Shown here: one piece after another, positions 50,137-63,150 of the stretch
How positions within the stretch are numbered: the stretch's first letter is position 1
Layout of the letters: every line of letters begins with the position of its first letter
Source of the DNA: Octopus bimaculoides
Lineage: Eukaryota
DNA length: 64,000 nt
Direction: 5' to 3'
NCBI RefSeq assembly: GCF_001194135.2
Contig: NC_068982.1
Location: forward strand, 89,356,997 to 89,420,996
The notes under the pieces: model-generated
What the model was told of the DNA's origin: nothing
Seen by the model: the letters and a program-made list of their open reading frames with translations, nothing else
The model's database searches: none
Position numbers and translations under genes: made by a program

Positions 50137-50994
50137 AGAAATATTACATTTCTAAATCTCTCAGAGATTTATACAGCAGCAGCACGATAAAGTGATGGTA
50201 TGTTGCCAACTTAATGTGGCAGTCCCACTGTCTTTCACATTGCTTACTATCACCATCATCCCTGACTGACCACCACCACTATCAACACTGTCGCCTCTAT
50301 CACAGCTACAGCTCATACTATTACTATCACCTCATTACCATGACAACCATCAATCTCGTACCGTCTCTATGTATGCCTACTATTACTCTCACCCCGTCAC
50401 AAGGAACAGTGGAAGTGTCAGTGAATAGTGAGGGGGGGGGTCAAAGTGTGACACACTGACACACACAAATTCGTTTTGACCTTTATTATTATAGATAGCA
50501 AACAAATAAATAATGATGTGGCAACAGAAAAATTCATAAACTATTATTTTAATTCTTTAGGCAAGCACAGAAGACAACTCTAAGTCTGCTTTAGTCTTAT
50601 TATGACCTCAACTACTGCAATGACTATACTTCATTGTACTCACTGTTGTAGTGCTGGAAGAACTTTTGACCCTTTAGCATTTAATCCAGCCATATCCGAC
50701 CCAGATATTCTACCCTCTCACATGTACCCTGCAATGTTATTCGAAAAATACACAATCACACGTTCAAAACCCCTTGAAGCTGTGAGATAATGAATAATAA
50801 ATATGTGAATAAATAAGCATTATATTTGACAAAGTAATCTGAATGCCAAATATGTTTAATACTCTGAGGTCATAAGAGAGAAGTTATTCTCTTATGACAC
50901 ACAACAGTAGCCAACATATTTTGCATCCAAACCTGCCTAAACATGTTAATAAATATGCAAATGTTTGTTCCAGACTTCACTGTACATGGTGCAC

Positions 50995-51345
50995 CATTAG
51001 TCATTAGACTGTGGCCATGCTGTGACACTGTCTAGAAGAATTTTTAGCAGAACATATCGATTCTAGTACATTATTTTTTTAAAGCCTGGTACTTATTCTA
51101 TTCTTCTCTTTTACTGAACTGCTAAGTTACAGGAGACATAAACACACCAACACCAGTTGTCAAGCAGTGGTGGGGAACAAACAAATGCAAGAGACATACA
51201 CACACAATGAACTTCTTTCAGTTTCTATCTACCAAATCCACTAACATGTCTTTGGTCATCCCAAGGAAGTAACAGAAGACACCCAAGGTGTCGCATAGTA
51301 GGATGGAACCCAGAACAATGTGGTTGAGAAGGAAGCTTCTTACCA
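50995..51345 (-). mobile_element. SINE family 1 copy; approximate
   Basis: homology. Confidence 0.65.
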
Positions 51346-52000
51346 CAGAGTCACCCTGATTTTTCTTTTCAACTGATTGACAGATATTAGCACCAGTTAG
51401 CAAACAATTCGATTGCTGAAAGAAAAAACAAACTCAGCAGCTCTGATTAGGTTCAAATGTTCTCTGGCTATTTCAAGCTGATGAAACATGTCGAAGCACC
51501 AGTGCCACAGAATGTCATGTGCCAATGAGCTGAGTGTGTGTCAGAGAGAGAGAGAGCAACAGAGAGAGGGGGGAGCAACAGTGAGAGAAGGAAAGAGAGC
51601 ACAAACAACAGAGCACGAAAGAGTAACAGGGAGAGACAAACAGATAAGCTACCAGTACACATTGCAAAGTGGTTGGCCTGGGGAAGGGCATCCAGCAATA
51701 GAAACTATGCCAAAGTAGACATCAGGGCTTGGTGCAGCCTTCTGACTTGCTAGTTCCTGTCAAACCATCCAACCCATGCCAGCATGGAAATCAGACATTA
51801 AACAGTGAATCTTTATATATATTTCAATTTTTTGAAGTAAATTCATGTAAATTCTAAGAGGAAAACTCACCTAGAAGCAAATCTTTGTTTTCCTATAAAT
51901 GCCGAAATTTCAAGGAAGATCACTTTGTTTATAACAAAAGGTTGAAATGCCTAAAAGTTGTTAATTTTTCAAACAATCTCATCTATCTACCAAGAAAATC

Positions 52001-52131
<131 letters not shown>

Positions 52132-52489
52132 ACCAATTCAATGAACAAACAAATGAAAAAAAAAAACAAAATAAAAGAGAGAAAAAAACCAACATGAGGA
52201 CGTGCAGAAGAATTATTAGTTTGATGCACGTTGAAAGGAGAGTTTTTAACATTTTGAGCATGACTCTTTAACAGAAAGGAGAAAGTCCAGAGAAGGAAAA
52301 AGGAAATTTACCAACTGTCCACATGTGGTTACATTTCTGACATATATCTGTCTCAATTTGTTTTGGTTTGCATGCTGGCATGAGTTTAAAAAGGTTTCAT
52401 ATCCAACACCAGTTTTAACACAACTAGTCTGGGAAGGCCTTACAAACGTTGTGATTAATTATTTAACAAAAACCAAACATAAGTAGTTG

Positions 52490-53110
52490 TAACCCAAAGT
52501 TAGTGGAACATCATTGAGACAAGCGGAGAAGTTTAAGTATCTTGGGATTGTAATCACAACTGGTAGAAGGTAGGAGTCTGAATTGAATGCTGAGATTGCA
52601 GGTACTGGCAGTCATGTGACAACTCCGGCATTTGATCCTCAAAAGTGGAGAGGTTGATAAAAAGAACCCAAACTTGTTATTTTCATTTCAGTTTTCATAC
52701 CAATCCACAGTCATGGTCATGAATGTCGAGTAATGACTGAACAAGTATGGTCCAAATACAAGCAGATGAAATGTAGTTCCTCTGAACGAGCTCTAGAGTA
52801 ATGTTTATTCAACAGGGTGCATAGCTTCAGAGATCAGGGAGTCTCTCCCAGGTCAAGTCACTACTTCTTTGCATTGTGAGGTCACAGCTCTGGTACTATG
52901 GACATTCGATTAGAATGTCACAAGAAAGAATTGCAAGACTGATTCCTTAAGCTAAGGTAAACGGCAAGAGACCTAGGAGTAGATCAAGAATGAGATGGTT
53001 GGATAAACATCCAGTCTCTCTCCATTTGGTTGTGCTTGAGATTCTAGCCAGAAAGCCTAATGACAGCAGCTTCTGACAACCATATGAAGAAGGTGCACCA
53101 GGACTCTACC
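52490..53110 (+). mobile_element. Old RTE-clade LINE fragment (different family); approximate
   Basis: LRQAEKFKYLGIVIT and SVFIPIHSHGHECRVMTE resemble RTE FKYLG and P.LTYGHE.W.MTE. Confidence 0.6.
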
Positions 53111-53919
53111 TTCACTAGCACCCCACCTGTCCAAGAATAGGGGGAAAATAAGATGTGTGTGTAATATACACACACAATAATATACAACTAAAGAAAATGT
53201 AAAAAAAATATGATTTATACAAATTACCTAAATATATTAAACAACTAAACTACTGTATAATGTAGATGGTGAACTGATATTGTCATTAGAGGATCAGACT
53301 GATTGATTTGCAATAATTGTTCCAATTCTCTGCATCCCAAGTTCAAATCACATCACGGTCAACTTCATTTTTCATCCTTTCAGGTGTGATCAATAAAGTT
53401 AGTCTTTTATTGAAGTCAATTTTTTATATTTATATGTCTATCATTCATAAAGAAACCTGTAGTAGTTAGACCTGGGGAGGTCCATGCACACCTAAGATTC
53501 CATGAAAGAATTAAGAGCCAAAAGAAAATTATACAATATAAATCCATATATTACACGAATATGTAGCTGGGTGAAGAAAAGTTTACCTGCCAAGCTGAAG
53601 TTATAGTATATTAATAGATAGGTTCACTCGCCCATCTTTGTTCTCTTTGGCAGAAGTTTTTCTGAATAGCACGATTATAGTTTATCGTCAATTTAAAAAT
53701 TCATTAAGCGACTAACACATAACGGTATGTATTAAAGCAATTTACCATGTCAGGTATTATTAAGCCAATTTTTATGTCATTTATTACGGGGATATATATA
53801 TATGAAAAAAGAACACGAGTCTTTAGTTCTTTGATTAACAAAATTTTATTCTTTTCATAAGAGAAAAAAATGTTTTTACGAATGACAAAATGTTGAGTTT
53901 TGTTGTCCTGTGCAGTGAG

Positions 53920-54790
53920 TGTAGCGATAGCTAGATAGTTGAATGATCCCCCTTGCAAGAATGTTAATAGAGTAATCTCCCTTTACTACGTTTCCTTAAG
54001 CATGTGTATCCTGAGAAGTGATAATTATTCAAGCTTAGCATTTCTCTTGGAAGTTGTTAGAATATCTAGCGTTCCATTAACAGCTTGCTTTCTCTGCTCT
54101 TCACTTTTTAGTCAATTAGACTTAGAGCCATTCACGTCATTGCTATGTCCATCTATTTCTCTACGCCACATGACTGAAAGCCACCACTTAGCTGTTATTT
54201 CTATATTTCCTATTTCTGAACTTTCTTGCATAGATTACTTCAACTACATTCAACATATTAATTCTATGAATTGGTGACCCCGAGAATAAACATAAATGTT
54301 AAAAAATATTTAAGACTTTTAACATAGTGACATAACAATTGATTGAAAATTGGCGTTACTTAGGTAGCTGGACGATTTTTTTTTTTTTCTGCAAAAACTT
54401 CTAAAGTTGGTCACATATATTTCTGCATATATTTCTTGTCGGGTGGTCATCAGCTTATGTGGTGATTATTCTCCAGGGTAGAATTCGGAATCCACGTCGG
54501 TTGGTCACCAATTTGTGTTTATTTGCGGGGTCAACAATTTATGTAATACATAGAATTAATATGTTGAATCTAGTTGAATGAAGTAATCTATGCAAGAAAG
54601 TTCAGAAATAGCAATGATGTGAATGGTTCTAAGTCTTATCGACTACGAAACTTCCAAGAGAAACATTAAGCTTCTTAAATAATTAAGAATCATGTCTCAT
54701 AACACACATGCTTAGAGAAACTTAGTAAAGGGAGGTTACTCAAAAATCCTTTATGCAAGGGAGATCATTCAACTATCTACCTCCCGCTAC
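53920..54790. repeat. Long imperfect inverted repeat (arms ~53920-54295 and ~54511-54790)
   Basis: tatttctgaactttcttgcatagattacttcaac...attaattctatg is mirrored almost perfectly at 54549-54610; outer blocks also match. Confidence 0.85.
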
Positions 54791-56352
54791 ATTAGCAACA
54801 GAAAAAGAGTTAATTACTTGCTAGCTACTGATTTCTAATGTTCCTCCTCCCACTGTTCATTGCCTTTGTGGTGTTCAGCAACTGCCTGTCATCTCTGTCG
54901 GCCAACTCCTAGTGTCTGTCAATGCTCTCTGTCTAGTAGTCATGGTGTGTCAAATTTTATATCGACTGATAGGCTTAAAAGAGATCGTTGCTGGAGCTTA
55001 TGCAACACGAAGTCATGACTGGTCTGATTTTGTTGATCACATGGGCAACATCGAGCAATTGCTGAACATTCCTACTATACATACATACATAGGAGAGAGA
55101 GAAAGAGCACCCAAGCTGTTAGTTGAAAAAGTTATCCAACGAAAGTTGATAATCAGAAGTAAATAAAAATTCCATAACAAGAAAATTAGATTATATTTAT
55201 CACTTCAAAAAATTACGCCCGTATGAATCACTACAGAAGTTCATGAAGAGCAGCATTTCTTGTCTAAACATGGACTTCTGCATTTTCAATCTGTAATTTC
55301 AGTGGCCTGAATCCTAACCCAGATCAGGTCATTTCATTGCATACCAATGACATTGTGGTAGACTTCGTGCTAAAGTAGCATCAAAATTTGTTATGACGGT
55401 TTGATGCCAAGTAAATCATGAATTTATGAACAATAAAACATTATAAGACAATCTGAATAAATAAATAAAAGAAAGGAATAAAAAAATATTTAAAAAAACA
55501 GAACAACTCCAGCAAATAAGTGGAGACTATTTGAAAATTTGGAAAGATCTTTATTGTTCTTAGAGTGAAAAAAAATTAAATCAAATTTATATTTCAGTGA
55601 TAATGAAGAAATCTCTTATAAACGTTGCAATTTATGAATATTAAAACATTAAGTAGGAAGAATGATCTTTCAAGAAACAAAAGACAGCTAAATAGAAATG
55701 CTGTTGTAAAAAGAAAGGAGAAATGCAGCTGAATAATTTAGAAAATTTTTTCATTAAGCATTATGAGACATACAAAAGATAAACATAATGACTCCAGCTT
55801 GTGGCGAATGATGCAGAGGGTAAATCTTATAAGTGGAACAAATTCAAGAGCTTCAAATGCTAAAGTGTTGCTCACATACAAAAAGAAAAAGCATATACAA
55901 ACACAAGTATTATTAGTTTCAGCACTAGTGCCGTTTCTCAAAACAATCAGGAAAAAAAAAGTGCTCACATTACTTCTACTGTTTGCACTTATCTTTCTGG
56001 TAACGCCCACCATACTAACCAGTCTCAAAGGTCGTTGTGCTTCTTAGAAATAACAGCCAACAAATGATAAAGATTAACTCATATGCCACGTCCCCCTCCC
56101 CCCGTTTTTTTTTTACATTTTCATTTGGGCAATGTCTCGGAGACAGTATATGTGAAGTGATAGAATATGTTCGCCAAATACATGANNNNNNNNNNNNNNN
56201 NNNNNNNNNNNNNNNNNNNNNNNNNNNNNNNNNNNNNNNNNNNNNNNNNNNNNNNNNNNNNNNNNNNNNNNNNNNNNNNNNNNNNNNNNNNNNNNNNNNN
56301 NNNNNNNNNNNNNNNNNNNNNNNNNNNNNNNNNNNNNNNNNNNNNNNNNNNN

Positions 56353-56397
<45 letters not shown>

Positions 56398-56404
56398 CAT
56401 ACAT

Positions 56405-56441
<37 letters not shown>

Positions 56442-57929
56442 ATCTGAATTACCTGGTAATACCTGCAAAAGTGGGGGTTATTTCCAGTTCCCGTTACACT
56501 GTTTCATGTCCTGTTCAAATTACAAATAGATTTACAAATACTAACAAGTAATACAGTTGAATCAAAATTGATTGACTGTAATGGTAAGGTAATATCAAAG
56601 TTGAATTGGTGGATGGTTGGAAGGGTGAGAGGATTAATGATGTGGGACTATGAAAAAATTGATTGATGGTAGATTATTATCAAATATTGAGAGTCTTCCC
56701 TGTTGCTGTCACAATGGGAAATTTTAAAATTGCGTCAAAATTTTCAAATTTGTAATATTGAAATCATTTCCCCATGTTAAATGTGATTTTGTTATTTATT
56801 TGCTCCAGAAAAATTGCAGTAAAATGTTACTGGGGTTTAAAGTTTAATCAATTTTACCTAATCAGAAAACAGGAATTAGAAGCTGACAATTTCTGCATAA
56901 ATTGTAAGAACTTCTGAAGTTTTAATAAGTTTTAATGAATAAAGTCATGTGAGATGATCGAACAAACATGTTTAGACAGGGAAGAGATTGTCATGGAAAT
57001 TTTTTTGCGAGAAATAGCACAAATCGGTCTTGATGGAGAGGCTTGTCAGGGAAGGAAAAGTCTGACATGGAATAAACAAAAATTTATATAAGACATTCTA
57101 TCATAAAAATTGTCCGACAAGGATGGGATATTAATCTATGGAAGAAAATGAAAGACATTATCAACAGTTTGATTGTTTTAGTACGTTGATTAAGTTTTAA
57201 ATAAATCTTAATAAGGTGATTTGAAAACATATAAAAACCTTTCACTTGTTAGTTTTATATCTGTTGGACATATTGTAAAAATTTTGACTGAGCATACAAT
57301 AGTTAATTCATTAAAGCATATGCATAAAGTGATAGGTAAAAATTAAAGAACAAAGTATTGAAATTTGCAGTTCCCTTCAGTAAACACATTCTCTCTTTCC
57401 CATTCTGTCCCTGTCTTTCGTTCTCTCTCTCACATTTCCAGTCTCTTCCCCTTCCTTGATATTAGCCACCTTCATTATGCCACCACATTTCCCACAACCT
57501 AACACTCATTGCACCCTTATTTTATCATATAATAGCCCAACCCCCATAAGGGGTGAGGGTGCATTATCGATTTTTTATTGAAATCTAATTAGCCTATAAT
57601 TGAACTGGATGATAGTCTAACATGTATACAAAGTTTTGTGAAGATAGGTTTGCTGGTATAGTTAACAAGATGGTAACAGAAATTACCATTTATATAAAAG
57701 ATGTGTGTGTGTATGAGAACACGTACATTTGTATACATACATACACAAAAAAAAAATACATAAACATAAGCGAATCAGCTGAAGAAAATTAAAGAACTAT
57801 AAAACGTTTACGGAAACTGCTGAACAAACACTGTCACTTTTCATATAATTTCTCCGAAATTGGTCGACAATGAGAGAGAGAGAGAGAGAAAGAGAGAGAC
57901 TATTTTTTATGTCATATACAGTCCTATAA

Positions 57930-60053
57930 CACTGGTCAACAGCCAATTTTCATCAGGGATATTATATGGTGTTTTATATGTAGTTTTGTCTGTGGATTTC
58001 AAAAATGTAATCAGTTTCCTTCTATCAGGCACAGTTTTTCTGTACTTTTATGTTTTCATAATCTTTTCTTTTCAAAAATTTTACTTTCTGTTTAAGATGC
58101 CAACTCATCATCAAATTCTACTCAGGATGTCAAGGCATTGCAAGAACTGTCCTGATATATTTTGTCATGTCTGTGGTTCATTTACCACCAAAGCTCAGCA
58201 ACGTGTCATCACAATTGAAATCAAGGTCTACCAGTTATACTTTGGCTGCTCTCTCGGGGATCAAGATAAGAGTTGGGCCCCGCACATCATCTGCTCAGCT
58301 TGTTCAAATGGACTAAAGGATTGGCTAAATAAGAGGAAGAAAGCAATGCCGTTTGCAATACCTATGATATGGAGAGATTAATGTATGTATGTGGGTTTAC
58401 TGTAAAGACCAAGCATAAGATTGTGTATCCCAACTTGGAATCAGCAAGAAGACCAGTACCACACAACGATGATGATCTTCCTATTCCAATACCACCAGAA
58501 AATGGCCTTCAAATGTCTGACGAAGATGTATTTCCTGAAGAAAATACTACTGCTGTGGAAGACACTGAAGTGGATGCAGATTTCACGATTGAAAATGAAG
58601 ACGTACCACAGAAATCTTCTCAAGGAGAGTTAAATGATTTAGTCAGAGACTTGTCATTGTTGAAGGATAAAGCTGAACTATTAGCATCTCGCCTACAAGA
58701 AAAGTGTCTGCTTAAGAAAGATGTTTGTATTACTCATTTCAGGAAGAGAAATAGGGATCTGACTTCATGCTTCTCTGTTGATGGACCACTTTGTTTCAGT
58801 AATAACACTGATGAGTTATTTCGCTGTTTGTTCCAAGAGCATATTCAAGGCAGTACTACTACACAACAGCAATAAGAAACCACCCATTCCTATAGGACAT
58901 TCAGTGCACATGAAGGAGTGTTATGAAAACATGCAAGTACTCCTCAATGCCATAAAGTATACAAACTACAGCTGGAAAATCTGTGGAGACTTGAAGGTGA
59001 GTGGAATGTTGATGGGAATGCAATCTGGGTTCATGAAATATTGTTGCTTTTTATGCCTATGGGATAGTCGCGCAACTAACAATCACTATGTGCAGTCAGA
59101 ATGGCCTTTGCGAAAATCATGAGCCGGGAGTTTCTAGCGTCCAGAGTAAGCCACTTTCAGACCCAGAAAATGTTCTTCTTCCCCCTCTTCACATAAAGCT
59201 TGGCCTCATGAAACAATTTGTGAATACACTTGCCCAGAAAAGCTCAAAAGGTTTTGAATATGTGAANNNNNNNNNNATTTGTGAATACACTTGCCCAGAA
59301 AAGCTCAAAAGGTTTTGAATATGTGAAGGCCAAATTTCCAAAAATCACCAAGGCAAAACTGAAGGAGGGCGTATTCATAGGTATGCAGATAAAAGAACTC
59401 TTGAAGGACAACCACTTCCTCACAGCACTGGATGAGATTGAGTTTAAAGCCTGGGAATCATTCAAATGGCTCCGTGAAAATTTCTTGGGCAACAAGAGAT
59501 CTCTAGAATTTATAAATGGAGTGAAATGTCTTCTAGACTCCTACGCTGCAATGGGCTGTCGGATGTCACTAAAAGTCCATTTCCTTGATTCACATATGGA
59601 CGCTTTTGCAGAGAACCTTGGAGCAGTGTCTGATGAGCAAGGGGAACGCTTTCATCAAGATATTGCATCGATGGAACAACGATATCAAGGATTTTGGAAT
59701 GCAGGAATGTTAGCTGACTACTGTTGGATGAACCTGAGACAAAACATAGAAAGTTCAAATCCCAAAGATTTTAAGTTGTTATGCATTCGAGTGTATTCTA
59801 ACTTATTTGTACACAATAATTTTAATTTTGTACAATAAAAAGCCATGAAATTATCATATATTGTATTCATTATACTTTATATAGACATGCTTTACGTATC
59901 CTATAAGTTAAAACAGCAGGTATCATTAACATGAAAATGTAACCTGATAGAGGAAATCGGACTTCAGATTCGTAATCAGCATCGAAAATTAACCCAGAAA
60001 AGTCAATCAACAAACTCTGATGATTAAAAAAAGTTTCATTTTATTGACCAGTG
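57930..60053 (+). mobile_element. Chapaev3-type (CMC/EnSpm superfamily) DNA transposon, frameshifted and internally deleted
   Basis: TAA|CACTGGTCAA ... TTGACCAGTG|TAA 3-bp TSD; transposase pieces FCHVCG, GDQDKSWAPH, ELNDLVRDL, ICGDLKV, PPLHIKLGLMK, SDEQGERFHQDI, MLADYCW. Family name from recalled knowledge, not a search. Confidence 0.8.
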
Positions 60054-60058
60054 TAATT

Positions 60059-60149
60059 GGCGAAAGTAAAGAATACGCACACCACTCGTTTTCGGCGTAA
60101 CAAAGACCCTAACTCGAAACATCGGGTGTGCGTATTCATTACCTTTGCC
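60059..60149. mobile_element. 91-bp MITE with ~25-bp TIRs and 9-bp TSD CCTATAATT (MULE-like)
   Basis: GGCGAAAGTAAAGAATACGCACACC / GGTGTGCGTATTCATTACCTTTGCC; left TSD restored after removing the Chapaev insertion. Confidence 0.7.
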
Positions 60150-61171
60150 CCTATAATTATTTACTGAGTCCCTAACATTACCCTACAATAAGTTTGCCTA
60201 TCCTGAATTTCGCAGTGTGACCGTTAATCTGTGACGTTTCAGTCATTACAGTCTTATATATCTTTTTGAACTCTGTACAGCAATGCGAGATATTTACTTC
60301 AATTTTTTTCTCATCGGATGGAATCCGCCCCAAACTTTACCATGCTTACTCTAAAATTATTCTTTACTTCAAAGTTCGTATTTTCTTCATGCTTTGCATA
60401 TGCGGTTGTCAAGCAGAGGGAAAATAATAAAATGTGGAATTTTGGAGAAGAAAAACGAAAATGGTATATAAGGTTCACCTCCAAAATTCCCTATTTTATT
60501 ATTTTCCGTTTGTCTTTCGAAAGAAAGAAAAAACGATAAGTTTTCAAGTCAGTAAATAACTAGACAATAAAAAGAAAAAAGTTATTCTAATTCAATCTAC
60601 GCATAAGATATCTCAATATTGATATGCCGGTAAGTGTGTAGAGCGAATAAATTGCCTTGCAAATATGACAAACAGATGACAAACTAACAAAACTTATATG
60701 TATATATTTGAGTTAAATTGTTTCATATACGCTATTTAGGTGGGGACGTGATAGAAAGAAAATATGAGTGTACACACAATAATGATAAAAAAATAATAAA
60801 TCAATTAAACACGTATGAAATAATTAACATCATACATTATAAACAATGTAATTCTAAATGATAATTAACGATCCTTAAATTATTGATAGTTATGAGGATA
60901 TAAATTTAAGTTATATTAATGTGTATTTATGTTAACATAGAAAAAATACGAAAACCTAAAGCCGGCAAATTTTTTTATCGTACATTTCTGCCCTGTTGAA
61001 ACGAACCATCACGATTTTCTATGGAAATATAAATCATATAATGGGAGAGTATTCATGTATTTATTTGGTAATTACTCCGCAATAATAACTTTAGCGGAAA
61101 AATCTTATTTGTTTTAGACTGTTAATTAATTTAGAATCATCAAAGTGTAATAATTGAATACATCATCTCAC

Positions 61172-61185
61172 CTTGTGCTTGCCAT
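61172..61185 (-). CDS. M17 leucyl aminopeptidase (W07G4.4-like), coding exon 1 (MAST-R)
   Basis: aaacaATGGCAAGCACAAG|gtgaga: good start context and GT donor in phase 2, matching the phase-2 start of exon 2; no in-frame ATG exists in exons 2-6. Confidence 0.75.
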
Positions 61186-61246
61186 TGTTTGACGTTGTTT
61201 ATTACTGAAGCGCTATGACTATCAAGTGAGCTAAGACTGTCTGCTG

Positions 61247-61272
61247 ATTTGCATGTGACAGGATATGTCACA
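61247..61272 (-). promoter_or_regulatory. Candidate proximal promoter motifs: octamer ATGCAAAT overlapping a TGTGACA-N5-TGTCACA inverted repeat
   Basis: 62-87 nt upstream of the ATG; motif match only. Confidence 0.3.
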
Positions 61273-61957
61273 AGATATGATTTATATATATATATATATA
61301 TATATAAGTTTCCACGAAACCTCGCTTCTGCTAAAAACTTCGATTATTTTCACTATTTAACTTGAAACGGTGATATATGATAATCTATCTCTATTAGAAA
61401 AATCTCAAGTTTTATTTTACAGCTTGTTACTGTTTACATTCTCAGTTCAAATGTCACCAAGGTCAACTTTGCACTTCGTCGTTTCGAAGGTAATAAAATA
61501 AGTACCAGTTTAGTGCTGGAATTGATGTAATCAACTAGTTCTCGCCAGTAGAAAAGATTTGGTAAATTTTTATATTAAGATCCACACGATTTTCACTAAG
61601 AAAAAAAAACTCGGATTTTTTGCGTTGAATCAAGTACCCTGACCTCCTAATATGCTGCAACTCCCTTATTTGGGTTCGGAAGAAGGGAGGACCCTCCCAC
61701 CCCATCTCGGAATCATGGAAAAGGATACGGAAATGAGACAAATGTGAAAAAACTGAAATTTATTGTAACAAAGTTTTCAAAATTATAATTTCTGTTGTTT
61801 CCAAGAGAGATACTTTTAAAAAAAACGGAACTTTCCCACTCTTTTCCTTTCTAATAAGATATGGTTGTTTGAAGGACTGCTATTCAAAAATTCTATCCCA
61901 TTTTTTCTTAAATGTAACAATAGGCGCAGGAGTGGCTGTGTAGTAAGTAGCTTGCTT

Positions 61958-62499
61958 GGATCTATTTTAAAACGGAGGCCACATTTTTTATTAATGTTTT
62001 ATGTAGTGTTTTTGGTACGGAAAGACTTTCAAACTTCGTATACTTATCTATTTTGTGTTATAGAACAGAAAAATATTTTTGTATTCGAATTTATTTCATG
62101 TAAAAAATTGTCTTATTTCGATAATTTCAAACAATCACTGACAAGTATTCAGTTGTTTATATTTACTCCTTTGGCTGATTAAGCGATGTAAAGCGTATTT
62201 AATCTCCATACCTTCGTTTTATTTGCTTTAACCCTAACCCTAACCATAGGGTTAGGGTTAATTGTTTCAGAATCGTTTGTTTATGTAGTCGGCACTTAAT
62301 GTATATCGGCTGAATGGACGTCAGTGATTGGTTGAAATTACAGAAATACGACAACTTTCACATGGAATAACTTATGGATTTCTTTTTTTTAAAAGAAGAC
62401 TAAGAGAAAAAGATGTTTTATATGACACATTCTACCAGTGTTCCAAGTTTCAAAGTGCTTGGTTAATGAAAAATGTGGCCCCCGTTTTAAAAAAGATCC
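61958..62499. mobile_element. MITE with ~32-bp TIRs and 8-bp TSD nested in a SINE family-1 copy
   Basis: GCTTGCTT|GGATCTATTTTAAAACGGAGGCCACATTTTT ... AAAAATGTGGCCCCCGTTTTAAAAAAGATCC|TCTTGCTT; SINE head 61921-61957 resumes at ~62508. Confidence 0.8.
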
Positions 62500-63118
62500 T
62501 CTTGCTTAACAACCACATGGTTTCGGGTTCATTCCCACTGCCCCTTGGGCAAGTGTCTTCTACTATAGCCTCGGGCCGACCAAAGCCTTGTGAGTGGATT
62601 TGGTAGACAGAAACTGAAAGAAGCCCATCATATATATGTATATATATGCGTATGTGTGTGTATATGTCTGTGTGTCTGTATTTGCCCCCCCCCCCCAACA
62701 TCGCTTGACAACCGATGGTGGTGTGTTTACGTGTGTTTACCATTACTTTGTATACAGCCAAACCACGACGTGTTGGTATGCATCATCTAAGTCGTAAAAC
62801 ATGCAAGGTAAAGAGAGATATCGTAGATTTTTCTTGTATAGGTGTGCTTATGTAAACCACAGATAGAGATAGGGTAATGTAGAGAAGAGAAAGTGAGCTA
62901 GTGAAAGTTACATGTATCATAGTGGCTCATTGTTTTCTTTCTCCCTCTGGCTGTTAGTCTCTAGTGGCTGTCTGCTTGTGGCCATCTCTGGTGGTCTCTG
63001 TTCACTAGCAGATTTTGGTTTATGGAGTTCTAGTATTTATAACAATACAAAACTAGTTAGAAAAATAGGTATATTGCAGAGTTCATGAACCTTGGTTCTT
63101 TTCTCTAAAACTATATAA

Positions 63119-63149
<31 letters not shown>

Positions 63150-63150
<1 letters not shown>

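Noticed and set aside
55763-56047. 94-aa ORF with a hydrophobic C-terminal stretch
   Set aside because: No splice context, homology or motif; antisense within intron 1
59217-59327. Duplication inside the Chapaev transposase
   Set aside because: Identical sequence on both sides of a 10-N gap; assembly artefact
62229-62260. Chromosome-fusion or true telomere remnant
   Set aside because: Only about five hexamers and located inside a TIR-bounded MITE
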